From contig NC_087437.1 of the NCBI RefSeq assembly GCF_036321535.1, positions 31,002,001 through 31,066,000 of the forward strand: 64,000 nucleotides of DNA, read 5' to 3'. Shown piece by piece: positions 12,239 to 23,562 of the stretch (position 1 is the stretch's first letter; every line of letters begins with the position of its first letter). A model generated the notes under the pieces. The model searched no databases and was not told the DNA's origin. It saw only the letters and a list, made by a program, of their open reading frames with translations. The translations under genes were made by a program, and so were the position numbers. The stretch is from Camelus dromedarius (lineage: Eukaryota).

Positions 12239-15200
12239 TCTGCCATCGTATTTATTCTTTGTTAGTGGGGAGGTAGGGGTGGAAGGAAGACTTAAGTCTT
12301 ATAAATGCTCTTTTGTCCTTTTTATCTTTTGTACCAATGTATGTATTACCTAGTCTAATAATAATAATAATAAAATCCAAGTCCACAAAACATTTATGAA
12401 TGATTCAAATTTCATTGTAGATTTTGTAGAGAGATGGTTTGGGTTAGTCTTTGCATATATCCTGATAAAACTTAAGAAAAATCCTCCGTAGAGACTTCAA
12501 TTCTCCTCCCAAAGTTCTCCTCAGCTGTCACTTTCTAATTTCTTTCCCAATTCTTTTCCCACTGGCCTCCTTTATCTTCTGAATCCCTCACTTTCCTTCC
12601 CTCTCTGCACATACCATGAGATTAAATTTATTGCAATATTAAAATACGTCAGGATAAACAAACTCATAGAGAAATGTGTCCTTGGAAAAATAAAAGAAAC
12701 CACACACACGTGCACTGTTTTGAGTAGTCGGTGTTTCTTAATGGTTTAGAATTCTAAGCAGTAGTTAGAAAAGCCAAGACTCAGTCACCTTGCCTTGTGA
12801 TTAAAGGCAGCCAAGAAATTAGCTTCGTCTGAATCTATCCATGTTGGTTATTAAAATATTATCTTTAAGATCCAAACCCACCCTTGATGTTCTGCTTTGT
12901 GATGTTTGGGCTTTGCTAGCTGGCTCTCTGTTACACTCTGTCAATAGGATGTGCTAGATGGAGCCTGGCAGTTGGTGGAGGGACAAAGACTTACTGCTTT
13001 CTGCTGGCCTTCAGATTCTGAGTGCCATCCCAGCAAAGCCTTGCGCTGGTAGCAGCAGTTCATGCCCTTAGTAGCCGCTGAACCCAGTCTGCAGTTTTCT
13101 AACACATGTAAAACCAGTTCATTGTGTGTCCCCTTGAGACACTAGCACCTGCTGCCTGATGCCCCACAGGGTATTGTCCATCTGGCTCACTGTTGTACCT
13201 CCAGCATCTAGAACAATGTTTGATAGACATGCCTAATAAATATTTTATGAATGAATAAGTTTAAAAATTTAGACAGGCCAGAAATATGGTAGATTTCTAA
13301 TGTCAAAAGAGAATCTTCCACCCCTCCAAATCCAGACACTGTCTATACTATCTCAGGGGCTTTGCATTAATTTTACTAAAGTAGGCATTAATTGTTTCAT
13401 TTTTAGAAGAGGCATTTGAGGCTCAAAGCCTTACATAAATCAAATAACTTACCCAATTTTACTGATCTGATCAGCAACAGAATTGGGCTTCACACTCTGG
13501 TCACATCTGACCTCTAAACCTGGGCTCTTTTCCCTGGCCCTACAACAATTGTGGCATTTTAAGGACCAACGGGGAGAGTCACTGACGATGTATACGTGGT
13601 CTGATGTTACATATGTCTACTTTAACTGTGTGTAACTGTGAGGAGCAAACATTTGTTAGAGTGCTATCATAATTTTCATATACCTGATGAAAACTCATGG
13701 AAATCTGGGGTAAAAGATGCTTTATAAGTTCTGTGAGAATGATTAGCAGCATTCATTCTGGGGAGTCAGGAGATGTGGCTTCTATTTCTGGCTCCGAGGC
13801 TAATTAGCTATGTGACCCTGGGTGGCCCCAGAATCTCCCTGTGTCTCACTTCTCTCATCTACAAGGTGAGGGCGCCAGTCGCTGGGACTTCTGATGCACA
13901 TGTCATCTAGCCTTGTAATTTGTCAATTCTCTGTGTGATATAAAAGTGAACTAGCTTATCCCAGGCAGACCACGGGAATCATCTAAATGTAAGTCAGGTA
14001 ATAACTAAATAAAAGCATAGACCCACTATTCTTCCATTGAAATGTTTGTATTGCTACCGATGAAAATCTATTCTTCTAATTTACGATTTGTGCTCTAAAA
14101 GGAATTTGCAGAAACATGAAGTCATGTAACATATTTTTCCTTGTAAAGCTTGAGCTACCTTGAAGGTAAAATGATTTCTTAAGGTCTATGTTGTTTAGAA
14201 ACTTTTGCTTCTTCATATTGAAAAATTAAATGGAGGATTCTGTTTTCTCTTACTGGCATCAAGGAAGGGTCTATTGAGAGGCTTATCCAATTAGATGAAT
14301 GAAGTAAGGCTTCCAATTTATTTGTCCTTGAATTATTTCTAAAAGGAGTCACTAAAATGTCGTGGTTAAATTCTCTCCTCTGTGTGGGTTTGAAATTCAC
14401 TTATTTTGGGGGGATGCATCAGAAGGTTTATTTTTTAATTAATTAAAAAGAATAGTTGCATCACGCATTAAATTCACTGAAGTCTCTGTCCATTTGTTGC
14501 ACACCTGAGGGACTCCCAACATTCTAATGGGTTTAGGGATCCCTAAAACCTGTGACCACTGTAGCTTACAGGTAATAAAGATACCACCTCCTTTCCCCCA
14601 AGGGTACCACTCTCTCTCCCACCTCCAAGGGAGACAATGGAAGAGAGAGGGCAGAATTTCAGTGGAAAGCACCCTGGGCTGGGACTTGGCCATCCTGTGT
14701 TCGAGTTTTTTGCTGGTCAGGGCTTTCTGGACATTTTGGACAAAGGACCATCTTTCTCTGGGCCTCACCTGTAAGAGGAAGTTTGGAGGAAACTCCCTGA
14801 GACCCTTTCTGGTTCTACTAATCTGTGATTTTAGAGCTGAATTTTGGGGACATTCATTGTCTGGAGGAGACTGGATGAAGGGGGTGCTGGTTGAAGAAAT
14901 TGCCTCAACAGAGGGCTATGATGAGTCAGGAGCACTTGAAACTGGAATGCCAGAGAGCCCACCACGATGGAGTCCTCCCAGTGGATCCCGCCCCGAGGCA
15001 GGCCCTGGCCCCAGGCTGCCTTTGGCTGGGAGTCGTGTTGCAGGTAAGTAAAGCTGTCCGGGCTGATGCTAATGGAGGCCTAACTAGGCTTTTCCAGAGG
15101 AGTCAGGAGAGGGCTTTAATCTGTCACAGGCTATTTGACCAATTGGCTTTGTGCAATTGTCCTGGGAGTAGCAGAACCAGTTCTCCCAGGAGGAGAACCA

Positions 15201-15589
15201 CTGTTTGTTCAAGCAGTTATATTTAATAACCCAAGACCTCCTGGGACAGAGACTGACATGAGAAAATGTTATTTATTCTCCCTTTACAATCCAAAGTGTT
15301 ACATTCTTCTAGGTCAAAGCAGTGTCTTGCTTTTCCACCTGATTTTAACGTAGATAATTTCTATTTTAGTAATCTCCAAGAATCCTATCTGTCAGGGAGA
15401 GGAAGAGAAAAGCAGACTATAGAAAAAATTTCTCAGGTTACATATTTTCAAATTACAATTTATGTGGATGTTGATGGGGTAAAACTAGTGTTTCGATAAT
15501 GGTCTCATTCATTTTAAACTTTTCATGTAATTGTTGTATTATAGTCATGTTGAAGAATCCCAGGTCTCGAGGGGCCTTTTGATCTAGTC

Positions 15590-15783
15590 CATGGTGTGCT
15601 GGTAAACTGGCTCTCTGAAAACGAAGGTCCGGATTTGTAGAATTTGCTGATTTCTGTGCTGTAAATACCCTCACTGTGGCCAATTTCAAGGTATTAATGT
15701 GGTGTCACTGAATTTGGAGTTGGGAGGAGATGCACAAATTGGCTCTGGTGATCTGGTAAGAGCCAGTTTCAGCACATCCGTGA
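15590..15783. mobile_element. hAT MITE (MER63-like)
   Basis: ggtgtgctggtaaactggctctc...agagccagtttcagcaca inverted termini; internal gtaaatac...gccaatttcaag matches the recalled MER63A. Confidence 0.75.
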
Positions 15784-15949
15784 ACATCCTCAAGGAGTAG
15801 GTATGCCAAGGAGTGCAGAGGTGATGCAGTTCATTGATGGAGGATAAGGATATCTAAGGTCTAAGGAGTGGGCAGCTTTCAGGGAGGGGTGCAATAAGCC
15901 AATGTGAATTTTGGGTAATTATAAAAAAATGGGACTGAAACATATAGGT

Positions 15950-16740
15950 GAATATAGATGTTCGATCTTGGGATAAAAAATAGCTTTTTTAAAAAGGAAA
16001 CTTAAAAGTAACAAAAGAAATTACAAGAAAAATGCCAATAATTTTGATTACATAAAATTTAAAACTTCTTAATGTCAAAAAAAGCACTAATTGGAAAGAG
16101 TAATAAATAGTCTGGGAAGCGCTCTACCTGAATATGAGAGACAAGTGATTAATAACCTTTATATTGAAAGAATTCATGCAAATCAATTAAAAACTGATAC
16201 CATAGAAATAAATGAGCATAGGAGAGGAGAGGCTAATGACTAATAAAATCAGATCACAAGTGTATGGAAATTAAAACAGTAAACATTAAAAACAAGCATA
16301 CCCAGTTCTGGTTAGGATGTCCCAAGAAGTGCATTCTCATATTGCTAAAAGGTGTGATAATTGATATAATTCTTTTTTCTGGTGGCAAATTGAAATTTAG
16401 ATCCTTCAATTTCACAATTCCACTTCTGGGAACTTAGAAGCTGAACAAAAAAAAAAAGGATGGATACAAAGGAAAAATCCAAAGTTGGTGGGATAATAAT
16501 TTATAAATTATGAAACATTCATTTGCAGGAATACTACATACCCATTAAAATATTTTTAGGGTTTTTAACGACTTTGCTGTGTTGTAGAAAATAACACGGA
16601 GTTGGGTATATGGTATCTCAACAATATGTAATATCATGTAAACAGGGGAAATAATGGGTGGAATATGCCAACAGTGGTTATTTTAGGTGGGTGGCATTAT
16701 GATGGTTGTTGTGTTTTTTATTTTTTTAAATCTTTTGAAA
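15950..16740 (+). mobile_element. Ancient L1 (L1ME-like) 3' fragment
   Basis: ttttgattacataaaatttaaaacttct and caattccacttctggg are typical degraded L1 motifs. Confidence 0.6.
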
Positions 16741-17559
16741 TGATCACATGTTGCTTTTATAATTAGGAAAAAAGTATTCTTGGGTTAACGACAGGGAATT
16801 GTACTTTTGGGTAAATTTTGAAAAGGCTTCTATAAAGTGCCATTTTCTTTTAACATCGCAGCTATTAGACTTTTTGTTTAATCCTCTATCAGTAAGGGAA
16901 TATTTATAACCTGTAACTACAATAATACAAAATATGAACAACAGTAATTAAAATGACATGGATGAGAGGATTTCCAAATATATTAAAAATGGATACCTTT
17001 TAGAAGACAGATGTCTTTGACATTTGGAAAAAAAAAGTCTCAAATCTTTAGTAAGCTATCAAGTGACATCAGCTATTTGTCAAATTGAGCAGCATTTGTG
17101 TTGTGCTTTACCCTTTACAATGCGTGCACATTCACTGTCTCACTTCTTGTTAATCTTCATGACACTCAGGGGCAGGAATAATTACTATCATCTCCAATTT
17201 ATGGCTAAAACATCAACTCAGGGCTATTAGATGGTAGAAACAGTTCAAATCTGGATCTTCTCATGAGACATCCCAAGCTCACTCCACTGTACTGTTCAGT
17301 TTCTCCATAGTTTTCCAGTAATCCAGTAGGGTCCTGACAACAGAAATGAAAAATAAATTTTTGTTACAAGACTTTTTTAGATTTGAAGCTCTATTTTAAT
17401 TTTGGAGAGTGTGATGCCATCTGGAAGTGGTATCCTATTTAAAGCTGAGATAGTGAGTCATGATTTTCTGACCCATATGTATTGTTTACTAGTTTTCTTC
17501 TTTCTTCTTCCTAATATTCTCGCTACCATCCAGGAGACCAGATGGCTGAAACATTGTGA

Positions 17560-17680
17560 CATCAAAGGTTGCTGCATTGCACAACTCCAGGGAGTGCAAT
17601 TCACACTTTAGTCTATGTGAATGGCATTTTCTGGAATTGTGCAGTGCCTAGCCTATGCAGCTGTACATAACCTTGGTGAC
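17560..17680. mobile_element. Palindromic hAT-Tip100 MITE (MER91-like)
   Basis: 32-bp imperfect inverted repeat at 17574-17647 (tgcacaactccag...ctggaattgtgca). Confidence 0.7.
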
Positions 17681-17904
17681 AGTGGGATGAATCTTGCCTT
17701 TTACTGTGTTACTCAGTTCAGATAGTGTTAGTCCTGAGGATGGTGGCCAGCATAGGTGTCTAAACCACTGCATCCTGAATTTTGCCCTACTTAATATGGG
17801 AATAGCACCCTCCTTGAGTCCTAGGTAATACACGTAGCACAGAAGATACTCTAAGAAAACAAAAGTTTTATTATTGACTAGGCTACAATGCCCTCTTCTT
17901 AACT

Positions 17905-18085
17905 CAGTGGTTCCCAATCCTGGGCATATTGTCAATGTCTGGAGACAATCTTGGTTGTGACAACTGGGTATCTAGTTCTATTGGTATTTGGTGGGTGGAG
18001 AGTCCACGGATACTGCTAAACATCCCAAGAGCATAGGATAGCTCCCTCACAACAAAGAATTGACTGGCTCAAAATGTCCACAGAA
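17905..18085. mobile_element. hAT-Charlie MITE (MER20)
   Basis: cagtggtt...caatgtctggagaca...tgctaaacatcc...cacaacaaagaatt...caaaatgtc. Confidence 0.8.
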
Positions 18086-20277
18086 TGTCAGCTTCCTTCT
18101 TGATGAGTTGGGCTAGTCCATTTGCAAACCTTGAGGGTTTTCTTGGCTCTTTCAGTCAGGCCTTAAATAGAAGAAGGCTAGCAGTTTCCTATCCCCTAAA
18201 TCCATGCCCTGTTGGGAATTTTCTGTTTCCTCTTAGAGAGAAAGGAGCAAAAATCCTTCCTGAGGTGAACGTTCCTGAGCTATTTACCCAATACCTTTTC
18301 TTTCCTGTAAGTTTTGATGCAGCCGGTGGTGTGACTATTTCTTAGAACAGGAAGTGCATGGTCAGAATCCCCCAGAGTACAAGCGGGCATTGGCCTTGAG
18401 CACCCCCTGAGAGCTCTCACTACTGCCTCCCTGAACGCCTACAAGTGGAGAGAAATGCCAACTGCTAAGGCAATGAAGGCCTAGCCTGAAACAGGCTACT
18501 GTCATAACTTTGAATTTTCTCATCTTATTTGAAAAATACATAGAAATTTTTTTCTATTTTGTAATAATTATATTAATTTTATACTGTTTCAAATTATCAG
18601 ATACTTCATTTTGTTTCTCCAAGTCTTCAAATAAAATTTAAGCTCCATGAACCTGCATGTGTTTACCCTGTTGCTTTGCTTACAGGGCCAGGTAGAGTTT
18701 CTCTCCGTTGCCCCACCTCAGGGGGCTTGGAAGACACCAGTCCCCTTCCACATGAAGGAGAGAACACCTGATTACTCTGGGCTGGGCCAGGGTTAGATGT
18801 GTTAAGCTGTTCTGTGATGTCCAGTTACACTGGAATCAAAAGGGATGGTTGATCGTGGTATCTAAACTCTTAGAAGGGGAGTGTTGAGTACACCGTTGGA
18901 TGCATCATGAATGACAGAGGGGTTCCGCAGCGCCCACCTCAGTGTCTGACAGTATATGCTCTAATCTACACGCATGCCACCTGCCTCTGCTGCCAGAATG
19001 AACGTTTCTCCAGCACAGACTCTTGGTCTGTCCCCTTCTCACTGTATCCCCAAGGCTCAGAACACAGGAAGTGTTCTGTCAGTATTTGCTGAAGGAGAAA
19101 CTGCAAGTGAATTCTTCACTTGTACCAATTTGTTTTCTTTACAATTGCTCAGGTTTAAGATTTTGTTTTGTTTTCAGATCCTGGGCGCATAGCTGGACGT
19201 CTGGCTTAATAGCTGCTTTGGTAACCTGCTAACTAGAGTATCTCCTTCCCCTGCTCCTTGGGAGGATGAAGAAAGAAAGGAAGCAGAGCTTTGAAAATTA
19301 TTGTAACACCTCAGCCTTCTTCTCTGGGCTCATGGGTGTCCCTCTGTTTTTACTTTCTTCGTTTCTGTATGTCTCTCCTTTCTCTCCGTTACACACAGTC
19401 TGGAACACTGCCATTCACTGAAGACTCCCAATCTGCCAGGGAGTGTAATTTGTGTTTCATAAGGCACCTCGTTAAATCATTCCTCAAACTCAGTGAAATG
19501 CCTTACCCTCCTTCCTTACATAGGAAAACTGATGTTTGGAGAGACTAAGTCACCTGTCCGAGGAGCTGGAGCTAGGATCCTAATCCAGATTTGCATCCAT
19601 TTAAATCCCAAGCTTTCTTCACACCATCTTCAGTGTGTAAGAGAAACCCAGTCGGCTATCACGTCTCTATGGGCTCTAATGCCACTCTTCTCCAGAGACC
19701 TGTCACTGACTGATCTGCTTCAGGAAAATAATTAGGGGAAATGTCGGCAGTCTTAAGTAAGCAGGTCGTGGGACCCAGGTCAAAGTTCACAATAACTTGC
19801 ATGTGTACGAGGTAAGAAGTAAATGTACGCATGCGCCAATGGCATGAGTCGGCATTATGAACAATACGCATGCGCAGGCATTATCAAAGGACAAGTGTGT
19901 ACACCTGTGGGTGCCGCCCGCTTGTATTGCAATGAAGTGCTGTTTTGCTCCGTGTCAGCTCCTCGCGCATTATGTCGGCTCCTCATGCCTTTCTCCGGTT
20001 GGGCAGTTCACCTCCTCGGATTCCTCTCCAGCCTCCTGCAGCTGACAGGAAACATCACATTTCTTTACTTTCCTAAATCATATTAAATATGGTTCATTCC
20101 ATAACCCACTAAGGTCTATGGAAAATGTTATCTCAGTCATTTTGTGGGATTTCTCAGTTAGGAAAAGCCTGAGTTGTGTGTAACTGAGACAAAGCAGCTA
20201 AAAGAAATAATGGTTACTCCATCAAGTGAGAGAAGTCTGGTAAGGAGTCCAGATGTGGAATCTCCACTAAGTTTTCT

Positions 20278-20409
20278 AAACTATTTTATTTTTTTCGGTT
20301 GGGGGAGGTAATTAGGTTTATTTATTTATTTAATGGAGGTACTGGGAATTGAATCCAGGACCTCATGCTTGGAGGCGTGCATTCTACTACCAAGCTATAC
20401 CCTCTCTGC
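20278..20409 (-). mobile_element. tRNA-derived SINE (camelid-type)
   Basis: Minus strand shows a tRNA-like head with A/B boxes (tatagcttggtagtag...cctggattcaattccc) and an A-rich tail; TSD ctccac[t/g]aagt[t/c]ttct at 20262-20277 and 20410-20425. Confidence 0.85.
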
Positions 20410-20842
20410 CTCCACGAAGTCTTCTGACTCCCAGGATCCTTCCAGTTTTCTGCTCTGCCATTTTTAGTGCACAACTTTCATTCACAAAATTGTCTTACAG
20501 TTCCAGGGATGGCTGGAACTCCACTCGTGACACCTAAATTCCAGACAAACAGGAAGGAGAAAAGGTGCGGGGACATGTCTTGTTAAAGAACTTTCCCAAA
20601 GGTCCAAACTATCTAATTCCTCCTCCCACTGTACCAAGTGTGGCCATGAACCTCTGTGGCTCCCACTGACTAGTACTTGGGACTCAGTTTCCTAATAACC
20701 ACACAGCATTCTTTAGTATGAGATTCGGTTACTTCTAGGATATGTTGAAGAAAAACACATCTCTGAGATAGAACATGATGCAAGTCTCAGCCACCATGTT
20801 ACCCACCACCAAGCCCTTATTCCCGATCTCAGGCAGTCTACC

Positions 20843-21310
20843 TGTTTCAGTTATCTTTTGCAGCATAACAAGTAACCCCTAAACTCAACAGCTTGAAATA
20901 CCATCAGATATCTGCTCATGATTCTTCAGTTTGGGCAGCTTGGTGGGAAAGCCTCACCTTCCTTCCCTGTAGTGTTAACTGGGAACGTTCGTGCAGTTGC
21001 TTTCACCTGGCGGCACTAATGGAGCTAGAAAGTCCAAGATGGGCTTCTCTGTCCCTCCAGGGCCTCCTTGTAGCCTCTTATCACTCAGTGGTCTAGTCCA
21101 TGCATCTTCCATGGTGGCTGGATCCAAAGAGGGGACATTCCAAGAAGGAGCAAAGAGAAGCTGACAGTCCTGTAAGGAGCTGGGCCTGGAGCTGAAAGGC
21201 ATGCCTTCCTCCATGTTCTATTGGTCAAAAGAAGCCATAAGGCCAGCCCAAAATCAAGGGAAGGAACCTCAGCCTCTTGAAGGAATGTGGCCAGTGTAAT
21301 CCACCAGTCT
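20843..21310. mobile_element. MaLR solo LTR (old MLT1)
   Basis: cagttatcttttgcagcataacaa...cctaaactc and ttctattggtcaaaagaagccataaggccagccca motifs. Confidence 0.7.
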
Positions 21311-22107
21311 ATGGCCTCCTCTGAAGTGAGACCACTCTTCCTTTCTTTAAACTTTCCATATACTGCATCCTCTCAGGACAAGCCCATGATAATTTCTTGA
21401 TAGACCTAACCTTTCAAAACAAAGCTGTCAAAAAGCTACTAACACAATCCACCTGCCTCCTTCTATGTAAGGGAGCCAATAAAAGCAGGTTTCTTATGAA
21501 AGAGAATTGTTCTTTTCTTTCCTTTTAGAAAGGAAAAAACAGTGGCAGTGTCAAAATTATTATTTCAATTGCTTATTCAGTTATGGTCACATTCATTTAA
21601 AAAATATAATTAGCCTCTATTCTCTGTAGTTTGGTAGAGTATAGACATAAGAAAACAAGACCTAATGATGTTTATAAAGGTTTATTTTGGTAGCTTTAGC
21701 CTCATTTGTATTCAAACATAGTTATCAAACCCCTTAAAAAAAGGCAGAAAAATTATTGAGTTGGCTCTCACATCCTTCCTCTTCTCATTATTTAAGAAAA
21801 AAATATGGGGAGTCATTAGTATAGAAAATCAGCTCAAAGTAGCTCAAGCAAAAAGAGAACTTACTGTTTCCTAAGCCTGGAAATCAGGGTGGGTCTGATC
21901 TGAACTTGAATGCATTCCCTCCTGCTGCACATTAACCTCCTCCATGTAACCACAAAGATAGTTGCCAGCAGCCCCAACATAATTTTTTTCAAGGTTAGTC
22001 ACTCCCAAGGTTACTCCTCCCATCCTAATGATAATCCCAGGGAAGACCTGCGTGTTCCTGTTCAGCTCACACGTCCACCTGTGGATGGATTACTTCCCCA
22101 AGGGTGG

Positions 22108-22598
22108 TGTGGGTATAGAAAAACGACCCGGCCCCCAGAGAGAGTCACATTCTAATCTCTTTAACCTGTGAATATGTTGCTTTACCTGGCCAAAGGGCCT
22201 TTGCAGAAGTAATTAAGGTAAGGGTCTTGAGCTGGGGAGCGTATCCGGGATTGCACAGGTGGACCCAATGATATAATCACCAGGACCCTTATAAGAGGAA
22301 GGCAGGCAGCCTGGGAGTCAGAGTGAAGATGGCGTGGTGAGGGGAGCAGGGGTCGGGGTGATGTGCTTTGAAAGTGGAGGGAGCCATGAGCCCAGGAATA
22401 TGAGTGGTCTATAAAAGCTGATAAAAGCCAAGGAAACAGAATCTCCTCTAGAGTGTCCAGACGGAGCCGGACCAGCCGACACCTATTTTGGACTCTGGCC
22501 TCTAAAACTGTAAGAGAGTAAATATTTTTATATTTTAAAAAATGTTAAGCCTCCAAGTGTGTGGTAATTTGTTACAGCAGCGATAGACACTAATGCAA
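22108..22598. mobile_element. MaLR solo LTR (MLT1D-like)
   Basis: acctgtgaatatgttgctttacctggc...taagcctccaagtgtgtggtaatttgttacagcagcgatag. Confidence 0.8.
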
Positions 22599-23562
22599 AC
22601 GGGTTTCCTGATCTAGCTCGGTTGTATATTTGACCTGTGGTCCAGAAAGGGGGTGGGAGATGCCAGGAGGTGACGGGGCGGGAGTACATGGCTGCTGGTA
22701 TAACCAAGACCACATCAGATCAGGGAGAATTTCCCCAAAAGGGAAAATCCTCTGTTACAAGAGACGGTGGATAGAAAAGAAGGCTTAATAAATAAACTAA
22801 CAAGAAAACAACAACTCCATAAAAAATAGCTACCAGAATCCAGTACTACCAGGAGGAAAATGCTAAGAGGCGGGCAGAAGGAAAGAACGAAGCGAGGCAA
22901 AGGCCTGGAGGACTTACAGCTGAGCCTGGGTAATCATGTCTCATGGAAGTAACAGCCAGTGTTTTCCCGCTCTAGGTCCTGAAAGTCAGAGAATTAGGAA
23001 GAATAAAGCTCACGTCTTAGGCTCAGTAATACCAACGCTCTAATCCTCCACTGAGAGCTGAGACTCTAATCTTAGTTTCCAACGGGAAAGTGAGAGAGCT
23101 GGTGCTTCAGAAACTGAACGTGAACGCTGAGAACCTGGGAGCCTCACAGGGACCCTCTGCAAGGAAAAGGTTCCTTGAGTATTAGTTTCATTATTTAAAA
23201 TTTAGATTAACATAACACTAATACTTTAAAATTCTTATGAGTTATATTCTCTTCTCAAATAGTTAAGTTAATTGATGCTCCAGGAAGGTTTACCGTTTTC
23301 AGCCTGGCTTCAAATACTCTGATTACAGTGACTTATGTGGCATGTGTAGCCCAGCTGTGGGTCGAGGACCAGGTCCCTTCCAGGCCTCCAGCTCTAAGAC
23401 AGTCACCATAGCTCTGCTGTCCCCATTGTCTGCCACCTGAGACCTGAGCTAGGAGGATGGCGTTGTCAGCAATAGTGAGCATCGAACTGTGGTGATGAAG
23501 AGGTTGCAGCCAACTCCCCTTCAGAAAACACTTCACAGCTACACAAAGGGAGGGCTGAAATT

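Noticed and set aside
14527..15051. 174-aa ORF as a standalone gene
   Set aside because: No recognisable domain, and it runs through a splice donor to a stop. Only the exon-like part is kept, as a finding.
15135..15353. ORF containing PKCYILL, reminiscent of TM7 in V2R/family C GPCRs; I recall a V2R locus lying upstream of KCNAB1 in other mammals
   Set aside because: The flanking translation has no TM6/TM7 similarity to V2Rs, so it is probably a chance match. TBLASTN with Vmn2r1 would settle it.
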